Assembly: GCA_964651795.1 (NCBI GenBank)
Contig: CAZYWD010000001.1
Span: 1-27,815, forward strand
Source: an uncultured Muribaculaceae bacterium
GTDB taxonomy: Bacteria > Bacillota_I > Bacilli_A > RF39 > UBA660
Length of the DNA: 27,815 nucleotides
Direction of reading: 5' to 3'
Shown: in pieces, positions 15,470-24,741 of the stretch
How the letters are laid out: each line of letters begins with the position of its first letter
How positions within the stretch are numbered: position 1 is the first letter of the stretch
Notes under the pieces: generated by a model
Database searches by the model: none
What the model was told of the DNA's origin: nothing
Seen by the model: the letters and a program-made list of their open reading frames with translations, nothing else
Position numbers and translations under genes: made by a program

Positions 15470-16097
15470 AGATGTTGAAATCTTGCAACAATATGTAATT
15501 AAATGTATTAATTGCAATTTAACTGAAGTACTTTTATTAGATCATGGCAATAGAATATCTCCAAAACATCAAGCAGTATTATATAACGATGATGTAATAA
15601 TCAAATTTAAGAAAAATATAGATAAAGTAAGAAGAGAATATCCTAATATAAAAATAAATTATGGCATAGAGATAGATTTTTCATATGATAACGATTTTAG
15701 AAAAGAAACTCTAAACTTAATACAAATAGGTAATTTCGATTATGTTATTGGTGCAATTCATAGTATTCAATTTACCGATGGATTAGATTATTTTAAAGCG
15801 ATTTTAAATATGATTGAAAATTACCCAATAGATATTATTGGACATATAAAGTTGCGTGATGATTGGGAAAAATATAAAGTGATACTTGAAGAAATTGTAA
15901 GTAAAAGTAGTCAAAAGAAAATTATGATTGAAATAAATACTAGTGATAGATCAATTTGGAATTTGGAACAATTACAATTTATGCTCGATTTATTTAAAAA
16001 GTATAATAATGAATTTACAATCGGATCAGATGCTCACAGTATTGATGAAATAGGTTATAAGGTTGAAAAAACACATAAGTTGTTAAGGAAGATATAA
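15432..16097 (+). CDS. PHP-domain phosphoesterase (histidinol-phosphatase-like)
   Basis: DMHIH, LDHG, GIEID, IGAIH, IIGH, IEINTS, GSDAH; SD AGGAGG. Confidence 0.88.
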   Translation: MKDMHIHVRKGIEDVEILQQYVIKCINCNLTEVLLLDHGNRISPKHQAVLYNDDVIIKFKKNIDKVRREYPNIKINYGIEIDFSYDNDFRKETLNLIQIGNFDYVIGAIHSIQFTDGLDYFKAILNMIENYPIDIIGHIKLRDDWEKYKVILEEIVSKSSQKKIMIEINTSDRSIWNLEQLQFMLDLFKKYNNEFTIGSDAHSIDEIGYKVEKTHKLLRKI

Positions 16098-17134
16098 TGG
16101 AGTTATATATATTACATGCAGGATTAACACATCCGAGTCCTTATATTTATAATTTATATAATGAACTTAAATCATACGAGGATATTGAAGTTACTGTAAA
16201 GCCAAATTTACCTGAATATGCATCACCCAAAACTGGAATAATTTATTTTAATCGATTAAAGAGATTCTATGATAGTAAAGATATGAAATCTGCTTTAGAG
16301 TTTATTGAAAAAATAAAAATTATTAAGAGTAAAGGTTGGAAGATTGTTTGGACAATCCATACTTTTTTTCCAATTGATAGAAATATTACTGATGTTGATG
16401 AGTTTATTGTTAGAGAGTTTATCAATAATACTGACTTATTATTTACACTAACTGAATATATGCAAGACTCAATAAAGAAAAATTATAATAGAGAATCAAT
16501 TGTTCATTATATGGGAATTAACGCACTAGATAATCAATTTAATAACGATGTAGTAAATTTAAATTTCTTACCTAACAATGCTTTTCTATTTTCTTTTGTC
16601 GGGAATATTTATAAATATAAAATGGTTGAGGAAATTATATCAAACTTCAATAAACTTAATAATCCAAACAGTTTTTTATTGATAGCAGGTTGTGAAGCAT
16701 CAAATAGCAAAACTAATGTCGATGATTTGATAAAAACAAATAAAAACATAATACGTATACCATTTTTTATTGGTGATCGAGATTGGAATAAAATTATTGA
16801 AAGAACAAATGTATTTTTGAATATTTATAATTTAGATTTACCTGCTTTTAAACATGGTTTTTTTCCATCCAATTGTGTAAAGTTATCTTCTTATAAAAGA
16901 TGTGTTATTTCTCCTAAAAGTCCAATAATAGAAGAATTAATGGATAATAATGCTTTGCTACTTTATGATTTTAGAGATCCTAATGGTCTATATAATATTA
17001 TGAAGTTTTCATTAGAACACAAAGAAATGATAAAAAATAGAGAAGAGCTTATAAAAAATGTTAGTTATAGTTGGAAAGAAACTACAAAAATTTTTGTTGA
17101 AGGATTAAGAAAGTTGGATATAAATGAAGAATGA
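16097..17134 (+). CDS. GT-B fold glycosyltransferase, GT4-like
   Basis: KIVWTIHTFFP, FVGNIYKYKMVEEII, LLIAG; resembles GT4 enzymes of the GumI type (recalled); the EX7E region is degenerate. Confidence 0.7.
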   Translation: MELYILHAGLTHPSPYIYNLYNELKSYEDIEVTVKPNLPEYASPKTGIIYFNRLKRFYDSKDMKSALEFIEKIKIIKSKGWKIVWTIHTFFPIDRNITDVDEFIVREFINNTDLLFTLTEYMQDSIKKNYNRESIVHYMGINALDNQFNNDVVNLNFLPNNAFLFSFVGNIYKYKMVEEIISNFNKLNNPNSFLLIAGCEASNSKTNVDDLIKTNKNIIRIPFFIGDRDWNKIIERTNVFLNIYNLDLPAFKHGFFPSNCVKLSSYKRCVISPKSPIIEELMDNNALLLYDFRDPNGLYNIMKFSLEHKEMIKNREELIKNVSYSWKETTKIFVEGLRKLDINEE

Positions 17135-17933
17135 AAAAACGGTAAAGGTAAATTATAGTATAATTAGTAGGGGTACAGAAAAATACAATAATCATGGTTA
17201 TATGGGAGTAAGCGAGATTGCTAATAATAGTCAATATATTTTAAATATAGATCATGGTATATTGGAAAGTGAAATTAATGATCAAATATTAATTTTTAAA
17301 GGTGGTTATTCAATATATAATATAGCATTCACAAGGTTTGAACTAATAACAGCTATAATGTATAAACATAACAAACTTAATTTTGATGATAAAATTGTTA
17401 TTTTTGGTTTAGGAAATATTGGGATTAGTTGTCTTGTGTATTTGTTAGATATGGGATATCAAGATATAACAGTAGTTGTTAAAGAAGAGAAAGAATTCTT
17501 TTCAAAATTAAAAATATTAAAAGAAAATTACAAGCAATCAAATGTGAACATTCAATTATATAACAATTATTTAGAGAATAATTTTACTCAAAATATTTAT
17601 ATTGATACAACTGGTAGTTCAGATGTCTTAGAGAAAATTTTTAATAGTATAAAAGTAAATAGTACTATTGTTATATTAAGTACGCCTAGAAATAGTGCAT
17701 TTAAAATAGATCCGTTGTTAATAAATCGAGAAAATTTAAAAATATATGGAGGACACGAATTAAATGGAATAGATAAGGGTTTAAGACAGCAACTTTTTGA
17801 AGAATTATTAAGAAAAAATGAATCAAAACTATTTTTGGAAAGTATTGTTTCTATTCATCAATATAGTGAAGAAATTTTAAATAATATTTTAATACATAAA
17901 CAAAATTTTATTGATGTATTAAAATATGAATGA
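17124..17933 (+). CDS. Shortened MDR (zinc-type alcohol dehydrogenase-like) oxidoreductase
   Basis: YSIISRGTE, GYMGVS, Rossmann IVIFGLGNIG, IDTTG; 269 aa. Confidence 0.65.
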   Translation: MKNEKTVKVNYSIISRGTEKYNNHGYMGVSEIANNSQYILNIDHGILESEINDQILIFKGGYSIYNIAFTRFELITAIMYKHNKLNFDDKIVIFGLGNIGISCLVYLLDMGYQDITVVVKEEKEFFSKLKILKENYKQSNVNIQLYNNYLENNFTQNIYIDTTGSSDVLEKIFNSIKVNSTIVILSTPRNSAFKIDPLLINRENLKIYGGHELNGIDKGLRQQLFEELLRKNESKLFLESIVSIHQYSEEILNNILIHKQNFIDVLKYE

Positions 17934-17948
17934 TAGTGGGAGGTATGT

Positions 17949-18788
17949 ATGAAAGAACCATTTGATCTTCATGTTCATTCAACTTTATCGGATGGGTTGA
18001 AAACAAGACAGGAGTTATTAGAGTATGCAAAAAAATTAAAATTCAAGGCCCTTAGTTTTGCAGATCATAATGTTAGCGGAATTGAAGGATGGAATGATTT
18101 AGTTAATCAAACTGGAAATATGATTTTAATACCTGGTATTGAAATTGATTGTGGTATTCCAACTAGAATGCATATTTTGGGGTATTACTTAACCGATGGT
18201 AATAAGCTCGATAAAACATTTCAAGAAAATAATATGGAAAATGAATATAGATGTAGAGAGGTAATTAAAAATCTAAATCGATTATACAATTTTAATATAA
18301 CAGAAAAAGATATTGATAAATTTAAAAATGTATATTTGACAAAGAGGGATATTATATCTATCTTATTTGATAAAAAAATTATAAATGATGTTTATGAAGC
18401 AACATGCAAATATATAGGTGAAAAAACACCAGATTATATTCCTATGAAAAAAATGACTGCAAAAGAAGCTATTAATTTAATCAGAGATAGCGGAGGAATT
18501 CCAGTTTTAGCCCATCCGGTTACAATTTATAGGGATAAAACAATAGAAAAGTTTGAACCACTACTTAAAGAATTAATTAATTATGGATTGCTTGGCTTGG
18601 AATTAGTAAATCTTCGAGAGGGAACTTCTTTCTTTGAGTATTTTTTATTAATGGCAAAAAAATACAAATTAATAACAACAGCAGGTTCAGATTTTCATAG
18701 ATTTGAAAGAGATACTTTTGGTGTAAATATGGAAGCAGACGATTTATTATACCCACTAGTAGAACTAGGAAAGAGTAATAAAAGATGA
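17949..18788 (+). CDS. PHP-domain protein (TrpH/YciV-like phosphoesterase)
   Basis: DLHVHSTLSDG, ADHN, GIEID, HILGY, GGIPVLAHP, GLE, AGSDFH. Confidence 0.9.
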   Translation: MKEPFDLHVHSTLSDGLKTRQELLEYAKKLKFKALSFADHNVSGIEGWNDLVNQTGNMILIPGIEIDCGIPTRMHILGYYLTDGNKLDKTFQENNMENEYRCREVIKNLNRLYNFNITEKDIDKFKNVYLTKRDIISILFDKKIINDVYEATCKYIGEKTPDYIPMKKMTAKEAINLIRDSGGIPVLAHPVTIYRDKTIEKFEPLLKELINYGLLGLELVNLREGTSFFEYFLLMAKKYKLITTAGSDFHRFERDTFGVNMEADDLLYPLVELGKSNKR

Positions 18789-19588
18789 TTAAGACAGCAT
18801 ATTTAATAAAAAATACTATATTATTTATAGAAAATAATATAGTAGAATACGATGACCAAATTAATTCTAGAATGGTAATGTTTGATGAGGTAGAATATAA
18901 AAATGATATAAAAAATTATATAATATTGAATTATGATTTTGTTAATGTTAATATAAATAGTGTAGTATATAAAATAAATAAAAAACTAGAAAAAACAGAT
19001 TTGTTTCCATTATTAAATAATGTAATTTCAAATATTATTAATGATGATAATAATATTTATATGCATTCAAGTATAATTAGTAAGAATGGACAAGGTATTT
19101 TACTTATTGGTGATTTTGGTCAAGGAAAAACAACGTTAGGATTGATTGCAGAAAAATATGGTTATGATATTAACTCTGCAGATCAAAGTTGGCTTACGAC
19201 TATAAATAAAAAGTTAATAATGACTAAAGGATCAAGATATTTAAAATATGAAACTAAGGAAAATTTATTGAATAAAGAAAAAACAAATCAACCTATTGAG
19301 ATAAAAAAAATACTTTTATTATATGGATTGTGTGAAAACGGAACTGTTGAAGAAACACCTATAAATAATAATCAACATATAATAAAAAAATTATTTCCTT
19401 ATGCTAATTGGCATAGCAGTATTCCTTTATTTACTGATAATCAAATGCTGTATGTTAATAGTTATTGTATTAAATCATTTTTAGAAAAATTAATTGAAAG
19501 CAACACCACGACCTCAATAATAAGAGGTGATGTTAATAATATAATGAAATATTTAAAAAGAAAAGAAGAGGAGAATATATTATGCTAG
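18785..19588 (+). CDS. HPr-kinase-related P-loop kinase
   Basis: MHSSII...ILLIGDFGQGKTT...SADQ follows the HprK-related pattern (H...GxxGxGKS/T...DD). Confidence 0.65.
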   Translation: MIKTAYLIKNTILFIENNIVEYDDQINSRMVMFDEVEYKNDIKNYIILNYDFVNVNINSVVYKINKKLEKTDLFPLLNNVISNIINDDNNIYMHSSIISKNGQGILLIGDFGQGKTTLGLIAEKYGYDINSADQSWLTTINKKLIMTKGSRYLKYETKENLLNKEKTNQPIEIKKILLLYGLCENGTVEETPINNNQHIIKKLFPYANWHSSIPLFTDNQMLYVNSYCIKSFLEKLIESNTTTSIIRGDVNNIMKYLKRKEEENILC

Positions 19589-20610
19589 AAAAAAGTGTTT
19601 TTACCGAAGAAACAATAAAAGAAGTATTAAACCAATTATATGCTATTAGAGAAGTACAAAACATCAGTAAGATAGAAAGAGGAAGTGCTAATATATATGA
19701 AATAAAAACAAATTTAAATCATTATATATTAAAAGAATTTCAGTCAAGATATAGTTCAGAAGAAATAAAAAAAGAAATAGATGTAATAAATCATTTAAAT
19801 AAAAAAGGTATTGCAGTTCCTGTGTATGTGATGACTAAAAATGGTGATTATAGTTTTATATACGAAGGAAAAACTGTAATATTACAAGAATTTATTGAAG
19901 GATATACTATTGAACAAAATTCTGGCAATTATGATCAGACAATTGAATCAGCGAAAAATTTAGCCTTGATAGTAAAGGCATTAGAAGATTTTTCATATCA
20001 GTTACCGGGTGGTATTGTATCTAATTGGTATAGTGAAGCTACATTTGATAGTAGTATTAAGAAATATAAGGATTTAATGTCTTTAATTCCTCAAGATGAA
20101 ATTGGGAATAAAATTAAAGCAGATTTTGAAGAAAAAATATCTATGATTGAAGATATTAAAAAGAATCTTAATACCTCAGAGATGGATAAAGTGACATATA
20201 AAAATACTCATGGTGATTACAGTATGATGCAATTTATTTATAAAGATGGAAAAATTAATGCGACAATTGACTTTGTAGCTGCATCATATATGCCAATTGT
20301 ATGGGAAATTGTTAGGTCATATAGTTATATTGATAAAGATTGTATAGAGGGTAATTTTAATATGCCTCATTTCATTGACTACGTCAAAGAATTTAATAAG
20401 TATGTTGAATTAAATGATTACGATTTAAAATATATGGTATATATTTATTTAGTGCAATTAGTTAACAGCAATTATGGATACAAGCAATATATATATGATA
20501 ATGAAAAAGTTGATCTACTTAATTTTGGATTTCTTCGCACTAAAATTTGTAGATATTTATATAATAATGCAAAGGAAATTTCTGATAAATTAATAGAAGA
20601 ATTAAGATAA
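19582..20610 (+). CDS. APH / homoserine-kinase-type II phosphotransferase
   Basis: YILKEF (ATP Lys), Brenner motif THGDYS, IDF. Confidence 0.85.
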   Translation: MLEKSVFTEETIKEVLNQLYAIREVQNISKIERGSANIYEIKTNLNHYILKEFQSRYSSEEIKKEIDVINHLNKKGIAVPVYVMTKNGDYSFIYEGKTVILQEFIEGYTIEQNSGNYDQTIESAKNLALIVKALEDFSYQLPGGIVSNWYSEATFDSSIKKYKDLMSLIPQDEIGNKIKADFEEKISMIEDIKKNLNTSEMDKVTYKNTHGDYSMMQFIYKDGKINATIDFVAASYMPIVWEIVRSYSYIDKDCIEGNFNMPHFIDYVKEFNKYVELNDYDLKYMVYIYLVQLVNSNYGYKQYIYDNEKVDLLNFGFLRTKICRYLYNNAKEISDKLIEELR

Positions 20611-20613
20611 ATT

Positions 20614-21600
20614 ATGAAAGATGTAATAATAATAGGGACAGGAAAAGCAGCACATTTACACTATAATTCATATAAAAAAATAACTAATTTAGGTAAACTT
20701 TATTTTGTAGATAAATATAAAGTTAATTCTAAATTTTTGGACTATGATATATACGAAAGCATTGATGAAGTGTTAACTACTAATAATATAAATGTAAAAA
20801 ATGTAATAATAGATGTCTGCACACCACGATCTCAGTTTGAAACCATTATTGACAAATGTATGAGCTTATCATTAAATAATATAATTGTGGAAAAGCCTTT
20901 TATTGTGTCAAGTAATTATTTTGACAATAAAGAAGATTTAAATATAAGGATGATTGAAAATTATTTGTATTCTAAAATAACAACTTTTTGTAAAAAATTT
21001 ATATCAAAAAACAATCTGAAAATAAATTCAATCTATAGTAATTTTTCTAAAAATAGAATAGTAGATAGCGGGAATGGTAGGGCAATGCATAATAATTCTA
21101 TACCTACAGTTTTTGAAATAGAAATGCCACATCAAATTTATTTGACAAATTATTTTGTTGATAGTGATACTAATATTAATGTTAGATATATTGATTCCAA
21201 AGCTATGATAATAGATGATAAAAAATTAAGTAGACACGGATATGGAATTATTTTTGCAGACAAAAATAATACAAATATTATTTATGAGAGTGATCTTACT
21301 AGTAATACTCTACAAAAAAAATTAATACTAGTCTGTAATAATGGAATATCAATATCGTTAGAATATATTCTGTATGATCTTGATATGAATAAGATTAAGG
21401 ATGGGACAATTGCCATTTTTCAAAATAATAAATTAATAAAACACTATATAATTGATGAGGATGATATGATGTTTTATTGTATACAGGAATATTATATAAA
21501 ATTATCAAATAATGAGAAGTTTTATAGCTCAAAAAAAGATATTGTTGATTTTTCTACTGAGATAAATAGATATATAAATTATGCGAGTTTAAATGACTAA
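20614..21600 (+). CDS. Gfo/Idh/MocA-family NAD(P)-dependent oxidoreductase
   Basis: IIGTGKAA, IDVCTP, IIVEKP, EMPHQI. Confidence 0.8.
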   Translation: MKDVIIIGTGKAAHLHYNSYKKITNLGKLYFVDKYKVNSKFLDYDIYESIDEVLTTNNINVKNVIIDVCTPRSQFETIIDKCMSLSLNNIIVEKPFIVSSNYFDNKEDLNIRMIENYLYSKITTFCKKFISKNNLKINSIYSNFSKNRIVDSGNGRAMHNNSIPTVFEIEMPHQIYLTNYFVDSDTNINVRYIDSKAMIIDDKKLSRHGYGIIFADKNNTNIIYESDLTSNTLQKKLILVCNNGISISLEYILYDLDMNKIKDGTIAIFQNNKLIKHYIIDEDDMMFYCIQEYYIKLSNNEKFYSSKKDIVDFSTEINRYINYASLND

Positions 21601-22612
21601 TGATAATTATTTTTTTAGTATAATTGTAACTGTATATAATAATTCGAAATATATTGAAAAATGTTTAGATTCAATAATTCCTTATTTAAAATCAAATTAT
21701 GAACTTATTATTGTTAATGATGGTTCGACAGATAATAGTTTAAAACTATGTAAGGAAAAAATTAAAAATATTTCTAATTGCTCAATTATTAGTCAATTAA
21801 ATGGTGGTGTTTCATCAGCTCGTAATGTTGGTATAAAATCATCAAGTGGAGAATATTTGATTTTTATTGATGGAGATGATTGGATATTTGGGAATGTTTT
21901 TTGTGAGTTGGAAAGATGCATATCAAACGCAAACCCTGATTTTGTATTAATGAATACAATAAAATATATTGAAAAAGATAATAATTATATAGTTGAAAAA
22001 ATGTTTTTTCCCGATGATTTACAGCTTGTTGAAAAAAATTTATATAATTTGATAAATAATAAAGTTTTTGGAAGGGCATGGCGTTTTATAGTATCAAAAA
22101 AATTAATTAATAAAGAGGTGCTTTTATTTCATGAAGGATTAATTTTTGAAGATGAAGAGTGGTCAATAAAATTAGTTTTATCTTCTCGAAATATGTTGTA
22201 TTTCAATCAAAATTATTATGTGTATCGCAAAACCAATAATACAATTACATCCTCAAAAACATTTGAAAAATACTTAGATTTATTAGAAATTACTATTTCC
22301 AGTTATAACTGGTGTCTAGAACGTGATCTGACTATTAATCAAAAAAGGTATTATAGAAAATTATTATTTAGATGTATCAGAAATATTTATGGAAGTTATA
22401 CAAAATTTTCCAATGAACAAAAAAAATATATTAAGAAATGGAATAAGGGACATCAAGATATTATAAGCGATATATTGTTATGTAATTTATCACTTTTCTT
22501 TCTAGCAAAATTTATAAGTCCTATATATTTGTTTAAACTATACAAAAGCATAAAACATAGACATACTAAAAAAGACTATATACGATTAGAAGAAAGTAAA
22601 GAAGTAATATAA
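21593..22612 (+). CDS. Family 2 glycosyltransferase
   Basis: SIIVTVYN, VNDGSTD, NGGVSSARNVG, FIDGDD, FED. Confidence 0.93.
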   Translation: MTNDNYFFSIIVTVYNNSKYIEKCLDSIIPYLKSNYELIIVNDGSTDNSLKLCKEKIKNISNCSIISQLNGGVSSARNVGIKSSSGEYLIFIDGDDWIFGNVFCELERCISNANPDFVLMNTIKYIEKDNNYIVEKMFFPDDLQLVEKNLYNLINNKVFGRAWRFIVSKKLINKEVLLFHEGLIFEDEEWSIKLVLSSRNMLYFNQNYYVYRKTNNTITSSKTFEKYLDLLEITISSYNWCLERDLTINQKRYYRKLLFRCIRNIYGSYTKFSNEQKKYIKKWNKGHQDIISDILLCNLSLFFLAKFISPIYLFKLYKSIKHRHTKKDYIRLEESKEVI

Positions 22613-22650
22613 AAAGCAAAAGAAAATTAATTCTTTTGCTTTTGTTTTTT
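22612..22650. terminator. Bidirectional intrinsic terminator between the 14-gene operon and the nucleotidyltransferase
   Basis: Perfect 13-bp stem AAAAGCAAAAGAA (22612-22624) / TTCTTTTGCTTTT (22631-22643), loop AATTAA, T-rich tail. Confidence 0.85.
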
Positions 22651-22653
22651 TAG

Positions 22654-23421
22654 TTAGGCTAACTTTATTCTATAATTAGTAAGGTTTAATTGTGTTGTTT
22701 TCGTTATATAATTAAAAATTGAAATAATAATACTTATTTTTTCAGCATTATTTAAATGCTCATCAATTGCTTTCAAATACAAATCAACAAATTCTTTTTC
22801 AGGAATAGTTTTATGAATTGCATTTCTATATCCCTTTGTGTCGGTATATAATTTATATACTTTGTTGGATGTTAATTTTGTAAACCCTTGCATTTGATGA
22901 TAAAGCCTTTGAATTTTTTCAATGGTTATATGATAAAAATGATTAAAATAAGGGTTACTATTTTCTAACATTTCTTGAAGTTGACATATATAATCGTAAA
23001 TTACTGTTAGTCTTTCTTCAATTTTTTCAATACTAATTTCAGGAAAGGGAAGAGAAAAGCACTCCTTTATATGTTCTTGAAGTTTTATTATTTCTCCATT
23101 TCTATCATAAATAATTTTTCCATATCCAATAATACTTAACAAAGCATTATCCTGATTTTTAAAATCTTTTGGTACGCTATTATAAATATAATCTAACGAT
23201 TTTTCTATATAATCAATTTTCATACCATCTATAATAGTCGAACCTTTTATAACCATAAAGTTAACACAATTTTTATATATTATATGCAAGTCTAAATCTG
23301 ATTTATCAGTATTAAATCCAGTAGAAAAACTTCCATATAAAACAATGCCTTCAACATTATCATTATTAAGGTAATCCATTTTTTGAATAAATTTATTTAA
23401 AATTTTATTGTAGTCTAACAT
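22654..23421 (-). CDS. Pol-beta-superfamily nucleotidyltransferase with a helical C-terminal domain
   Basis: LYGSFSTGFNTDKSDLDL (GS...DxD) and IDY. Start ATG 23421 preferred (SD AAAGGTGG). Confidence 0.85.
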   Translation of the reverse strand: MLDYNKILNKFIQKMDYLNNDNVEGIVLYGSFSTGFNTDKSDLDLHIIYKNCVNFMVIKGSTIIDGMKIDYIEKSLDYIYNSVPKDFKNQDNALLSIIGYGKIIYDRNGEIIKLQEHIKECFSLPFPEISIEKIEERLTVIYDYICQLQEMLENSNPYFNHFYHITIEKIQRLYHQMQGFTKLTSNKVYKLYTDTKGYRNAIHKTIPEKEFVDLYLKAIDEHLNNAEKISIIISIFNYITKTTQLNLTNYRIKLA

Positions 23422-23448
23422 AAATATTTCCACCTTTTATTAATGATT

Positions 23449-23478
23449 ATTATATAACATAGTATTAAGATGTGTCAA
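23449..23478 (-). promoter_or_regulatory. Sigma-A promoter for the nucleotidyltransferase
   Basis: Minus-strand TTGACA (23478-23473), 18 nt, TATAAT (23454-23449). Confidence 0.65.
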
Positions 23479-23524
23479 CAAATAGCTATCTTCATTGCAT
23501 AATAAAAAACTGATATCATCAGTT

Positions 23525-23764
23525 TTAATCATCAAAATTCTGTTCAAATAAGTTACTGTCAAAAAATTCTTTAAGTGTAATATTCAAGGTTTTACAAATT
23601 TTATAAATTATATACGAACTGGGATTTGCAACTTTGTTATTCATGATTCCACATAAAGTAGAATTTGAAATACCACTCAATTCTGCCAGTTTATTTTGAG
23701 AGTAATTTCTTTCTTCACATAATTCCAATATACGTTTGCTAACAGCATTTCTAAAAAGTATCAT
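23525..23764 (-). CDS. XRE-family HTH regulator (79 aa)
   Basis: RILELCEERNYSQNKLAELSGISNSTLCGIMNNKVANPSSYIIYKICKTLNITLKEFF. Start ATG 23764 with SD GGGTGG, rather than 23854. Confidence 0.9.
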   Translation of the reverse strand: MILFRNAVSKRILELCEERNYSQNKLAELSGISNSTLCGIMNNKVANPSSYIIYKICKTLNITLKEFFDSNLFEQNFDD

Positions 23765-23821
23765 ATCTACCACCCATAACAATTTTAACAAAATAAAAAC
23801 AATAAAGTTTACGGATATCCG

Positions 23822-23850
23822 TAGACTTTTTGCAATTGATATGTTATAAT
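23822..23850 (+). promoter_or_regulatory. Sigma-A-like promoter facing 23977, divergent from the XRE gene
   Basis: TAGACT (23822-23827), 17 nt, TATAAT (23845-23850) with extended TG. Confidence 0.55.
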
Positions 23851-23976
23851 ACAAATATGTTAATTTATAACTTATTAATTTATAATTATATGAAAATTAA
23901 CAAAATAATTAAGAGAGTAGTTGTTGGTTGTAAATATCTAGCAGTGCTCTCTTTTTGATTTAAAGGAGGTTTTAAA

Positions 23977-24519
23977 ATGTATAATAAGTTATTACTGGAA
24001 TTTGATAATTTACTCAATGATGAAGCGAAAAGAATAGCAACAATAATAGAGAGTCTATACAAAACTATAACTTTTGAAAAGATTGACTTAGCTAAACTAG
24101 TAAGAAAAAATATTAAACAGGAATTTACATATTATTGGATAGATATAGAAATACGAGTATTTAATTTGTTATTTGATAATGAAAAAGACTATTTAAAAGA
24201 AAAATGTGATAGTGAAAAAAATTTGAAAAAATATGCATTATGGTGTAAAAGAGAAATGAAATCTAAAGACCACTTAAAAGGAGCTGATAGACTAGCTGAA
24301 ATTATAATTGAATTATATCAACAAAACGATGATATAAAAATTAATCTTATAACTTTATTGGCAGATAATATGAATGAATTATTCCCTGAACATAATGATT
24401 GTGTAGATGCGAGAACAACTATTTTGTATTTGCAAAAGGAGATAAGAAAGAAAGGGTATATTATAAGTTCTCTTTCACCTTTTCATTTGTCTAAAAAAAC
24501 AATCAAAAGTTATTTATGA
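23977..24519 (+). CDS. Hypothetical protein (180 aa)
   Basis: Strong SD AAAGGAGG; no recognisable motif. Confidence 0.75.
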   Translation: MYNKLLLEFDNLLNDEAKRIATIIESLYKTITFEKIDLAKLVRKNIKQEFTYYWIDIEIRVFNLLFDNEKDYLKEKCDSEKNLKKYALWCKREMKSKDHLKGADRLAEIIIELYQQNDDIKINLITLLADNMNELFPEHNDCVDARTTILYLQKEIRKKGYIISSLSPFHLSKKTIKSYL

Positions 24520-24741
24520 ACTAACAAAAACTGTATATTATTTATATTATAAAATAGTAAAGCAAATATTATAATAAAAAAATGTTTGAACTTCAAACAT
24601 TAATTTGGATATTTGGCGTCTACTCGTGCTGGAAGATTTTTGGAAATCAATTAGAGTACATTTCAACAATAGAAAAAGAGAAAGTTCAAGAGTATTATAA
24701 AAATAAAAATTTATAGTTAAATAATAGGAAAGGCGAATATT

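Noticed and set aside
21864-22079. 71-aa minus-strand ORF
   Set aside because: Antisense to the GT2 gene.
8774-22612. Standard capsule or EPS locus
   Set aside because: No flippase, polymerase, chain-length regulator, priming glycosyltransferase or exporter.
23860-23885. TTAATTTATAA direct repeat with 15-bp period
   Set aside because: Pure A/T and only two copies; low significance alone.
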